Shown here: positions 25,951 to 28,117 of the stretch, one piece after another
Layout of the letters: every line of letters starts with the position of its first letter
Position numbering within the stretch: position 1 is the stretch's first letter
Source of the DNA: Candidatus Eiseniibacteriota bacterium
GTDB lineage: Bacteria; Eisenbacteria; RBG-16-71-46
NCBI GenBank assembly: GCA_037447075.1
Contig: JBBIHL010000001.1
Location: forward strand, 1-28,117
Length of the DNA: 28,117 bases
Direction: 5' to 3'
Notes under the pieces: generated by a model
What the model saw: the letters and a program-made list of their open reading frames with translations, nothing else
What the model was told of the DNA's origin: nothing
The model's database searches: none
Position numbers and translations under genes: made by a program

Positions 25951-26523
25951 TCACTTCACGAGAACGGTCTTGCGAACGTCGCTGCGGTCCCCCGCCCGGG
26001 TCTTGATCCAGTAGACGCCGGAAGGGAGGGAGCGCCCGTCGTCCCCGACCCCAGCCCAGACCAGCTGGTGGCGCCCGGCCGGCATCACCTGGTCCAGCAG
26101 CTGACGGACCCGCTCGCCCTTCAGGTTGAACACGGCCATCTCCACCCGCCGTTCCGCGGGCAGTTCGAAGGCGATCATGGTCTGCGCGCTGAAGGGATTG
26201 GGCACGTTCTGGGAGACGCGGAAGGAGACCGGCAAGTCGGTGCGATCGTCGTCCACCTCCACGAGCGAGGCGCCCGAGAGATTCCAGAAGCCGCCCTTGA
26301 GCGCATACGGGCCGCCCGTAGCCGTGCCGGCCTCGGGCTGGGCGACGGTTCCCCCCAGCCGATAGCCGGAGCCGGGGGCGCTGCTGAAGGTGAAGCCGCC
26401 CCCCGCCAGGGTGCTCCAGGTGAGCTCGTAGGGCCCTCCGGACTGGGCGCGGGCCGGCGGCGCCACGGCCAGCGATGCGCCCAGCGCCAGGGGCCAAAGG
26501 GTCCGCAGGAATCGTCGTCTCAT
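25951..26523 (-). CDS. Small exported protein: 'GGFW' domain plus FlgD-Ig/T9SS-type-A-like CTD
   Basis: RBS GGAGG, ATG 26523; signal peptide ending ARA; QSGGPYELTWSTLAGGG...YRLGGTVAQPEAG...GGPYALKGGFW; then VPNPF...VFNLKGERV...W.G....G..LPSGVYW; 190 aa. Confidence 0.82.
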   Translation of the reverse strand: MRRRFLRTLWPLALGASLAVAPPARAQSGGPYELTWSTLAGGGFTFSSAPGSGYRLGGTVAQPEAGTATGGPYALKGGFWNLSGASLVEVDDDRTDLPVSFRVSQNVPNPFSAQTMIAFELPAERRVEMAVFNLKGERVRQLLDQVMPAGRHQLVWAGVGDDGRSLPSGVYWIKTRAGDRSDVRKTVLVK

Positions 26524-26641
26524 GGGTTCCTCCACTGCCCTGCCAGGGGGCTGGGGGCCAGGCCTTGTCACCCGGGTCAATCCCGGGGCAGGGGGAAAGC
26601 GCACGCGGGCGGCTGGGGCCGGGGGTGGATGCCGCTCCGGC

Positions 26642-26660
26642 GCCAAGCACGGTGCTTGGC
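26642..26660. promoter_or_regulatory. 19-bp palindrome upstream of the fibre operon
   Basis: GCCAAGCAC-G-GTGCTTGGC: perfect 9-bp arms with a 1-nt centre. Confidence 0.4.
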
Positions 26661-26970
26661 ATTCCGGCGCGGGCGGGAAGAGGCTTCGCCAGGTTCGTGT
26701 CGGCGGCGGACGGCGGAGAGCGCCCGGTGCCGGGGCGGCCGGGGTCAGGCGAGGTTCCGGTCCCCACCCCCGATCCGGCCCGGACGCCTGCCAGGGCTCA
26801 CGCGCCACGCCCGACCGTTGAGGATCAGGTCAAGGCACCCACGTGCCCGCGCCGGCGGGCGCGGTTCGGTCGCAGCCGGCATGGGCGGATCTGACGCCCG
26901 CCGTCACGCCTTCAGGCGCGGATGGTCCGTGGCGATCCCGGCAGCAGGGCGTTCAGCGGCCGCTTCATCC

Positions 26971-27008
26971 GACGCATGATGCGTCAGTATTGACGCGACT
27001 TGCGTCAA
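26971..27008. promoter_or_regulatory. Tandem palindromic operator-like element, GACGC-N5-GCGTC twice
   Basis: GACGC-ATGAT-GCGTC (26971-26985) and TTGACGC-GACTT-GCGTCAA (26990-27008), offset by 21 bp. Confidence 0.6.
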
Positions 27009-27064
27009 GAGCAGGCGGGAGCCGGGTGCAGGTTGTCCCCTCGGGGCTGGCCTACCGCGCCCCG

Positions 27065-28117
27065 CTACGCCGCCTGCCGCTCCTGTGCCGCCGCCGTCCC
27101 GTGCACCCAGGCGCGCAGCAGCGCCCTGGGGTCCAGGCCGGTGGACCAGTCCACGAGGTAGCCCTCGATCTGCGGCCCCTCGGGAGCGCTCGCCAGGTCC
27201 AGCGCCCGGGCCTCGCCTTGGGGTTCGGCCGCCGGCAGCAGGACCAGCGGCCGCTCGGGGTCGGCCGCTCCCGGCGCCGCGACCACCGCCGAGCGGCCGT
27301 CGTCCAGCCGCACCACGGTCCCGGCCGGGTAGCTGCCGATCGCCTCGATGAGCAGGTCCACCGCGGCGGGGTCGAACTCCTGGCCGCGCCGCGCGGCCAT
27401 GCGCTCCAGGACCTCGCGCGGGAACATCGGGCGGGCGTGGTGGCTGCGGTGGGCGAGCGCCGAGTCGTAGAAGTCGCACGCGGCCACCACGCGGCTGGGC
27501 GGGCTCGGCCGGGAGGGGTCGCGGCCGTCGGCGGAAGCTGCCGCGGCGCCGGCGTCCGTGAAGGGCTGATGATGCTCGAACGCCACCAGCATGGCGTCGA
27601 GCGCGTCGCCCGGGACGCCGGCCATCCGCATGAGGGCGCGCGCCCCGAGCCGTCCGTGGCGACCCAGCTCCGCCCGCTCCGCCTCGCCGTAGGGCGCGCA
27701 GCGCAGCAGCACGTGGTTGGCGACCTCCACCTTGCCGATGTCGTGCAGCAGCGCCGCCACACCCAGCCGCAGCAGCAGCGTGCGGTTGAGCCCGAGCCGC
27801 AGGCCCACCGCCAGCGCCAGCACGCACACGTTCACCGCGTGGTTGAGGGTGGGGCTCTCGTCCGGTCGCAGCGCGCACAGGGCCATGAGCCGGCGGTCGG
27901 AGCTGGCCAGCACGTCCGCCAGCCCGCGCACCGCCGCGCGCAGAGGCGCGGGGTCGAGCCAGCCCTTGTGGGCCGCGTGGTGGTGGATCCAGGCCGCCAC
28001 CTCGAGCGCGCTCTGGAAGGCGACCACCGCGTCGGGCTCGGCGGGGACCCGGTGGGCGATGTCGAGCGCGCGCGCCACCGCGCTGGGCTTGCCGCGCGGC
28101 GGCCGCGCGGCGGGCGG
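27065..28117 (-). CDS. HD-GYP-like HD domain protein with degenerate GYP motif (5'-truncated by window)
   Basis: LNHAVNVC, AALLHDIGK, EHHQ, VVAACDFYD, GQEFDPAAV, IGSYPAGTVVRLDDG. The frame is open to the window edge. Confidence 0.87.
   Translation of the reverse strand, partial: PPAARPPRGKPSAVARALDIAHRVPAEPDAVVAFQSALEVAAWIHHHAAHKGWLDPAPLRAAVRGLADVLASSDRRLMALCALRPDESPTLNHAVNVCVLALAVGLRLGLNRTLLLRLGVAALLHDIGKVEVANHVLLRCAPYGEAERAELGRHGRLGARALMRMAGVPGDALDAMLVAFEHHQPFTDAGAAAASADGRDPSRPSPPSRVVAACDFYDSALAHRSHHARPMFPREVLERMAARRGQEFDPAAVDLLIEAIGSYPAGTVVRLDDGRSAVVAAPGAADPERPLVLLPAAEPQGEARALDLASAPEGPQIEGYLVDWSTGLDPRALLRAWVHGTAAAQERQAA

Noticed and set aside
26565-26660. Possible sigma54 (GG-N10-GC) or CRP/FNR-like (TGTCA-N6-TCAAT) sites upstream of the GGFW gene
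   Set aside because: The matches are partial (no TTGC; only one good half-site) and are expected by chance at this GC content.
26815-26845. Minus-strand GGGTGCC...ACCTGATC resembles a TPP riboswitch
   Set aside because: There is no CTGAGA element or TAATGC/AGGGA, and the downstream genes are unrelated to thiamine.
26912-26977. 21-codon minus-strand ORF MRRMKRPLNALLPGSPRTIRA starting inside the tandem palindrome
   Set aside because: It has no RBS, no properly spaced -10 and no leader-peptide-like codon bias.

Overview
A very GC-rich (roughly 70% or more by eye) bacterial chromosomal window holding about 26 protein-coding genes. I recognised no rRNA, tRNA, CRISPR array or transposase. Three exported proteins end in a FlgD-Ig/T9SS-type-A-like C-terminal domain, which together with the GC content suggests a Candidatus Eisenbacteria-like, FCB-associated organism (inference). 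Gene order: SLC13 transporter (5'-truncated); sdpR-sdpI-like pair (sdpI frameshifted); M23 peptidase; methionine gamma-lyase-like PLP enzyme; LamG+CTD protein; GNAT; NTF2/DUF4440; M14 carboxypeptidase; a dispersed glycan cluster (two methyltransferases, WzxE-like flippase, CgeB-like glycosyltransferase, fcl) interrupted by a secreted His-motif TPR-like protein; DUF4396; CPBP protease; exported Cx5R sulfurtransferase facing a rhodanese-MauE/DoxX pair; YWTD+CTD protein (broken 5' end); ALDH7; and a degenerate HD-GYP protein (5'-truncated). The most interesting part is a minus-strand three-gene operon (26523 to 23255). It encodes a small 'GGFW' protein carrying the sorting domain, a signal-peptide-bearing FTYQG/Gly-repeat fibre ending in a phage-tailspike-type (peptidase G2-like, SDLAE) autocleaving chaperone, and a translationally coupled astacin metalloprotease. 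A tandem GACGC-N5-GCGTC operator-like element lies upstream. This looks like an uncharacterised split 'anchor + self-maturing trimeric fibre + protease' surface system; that reading is a hypothesis.
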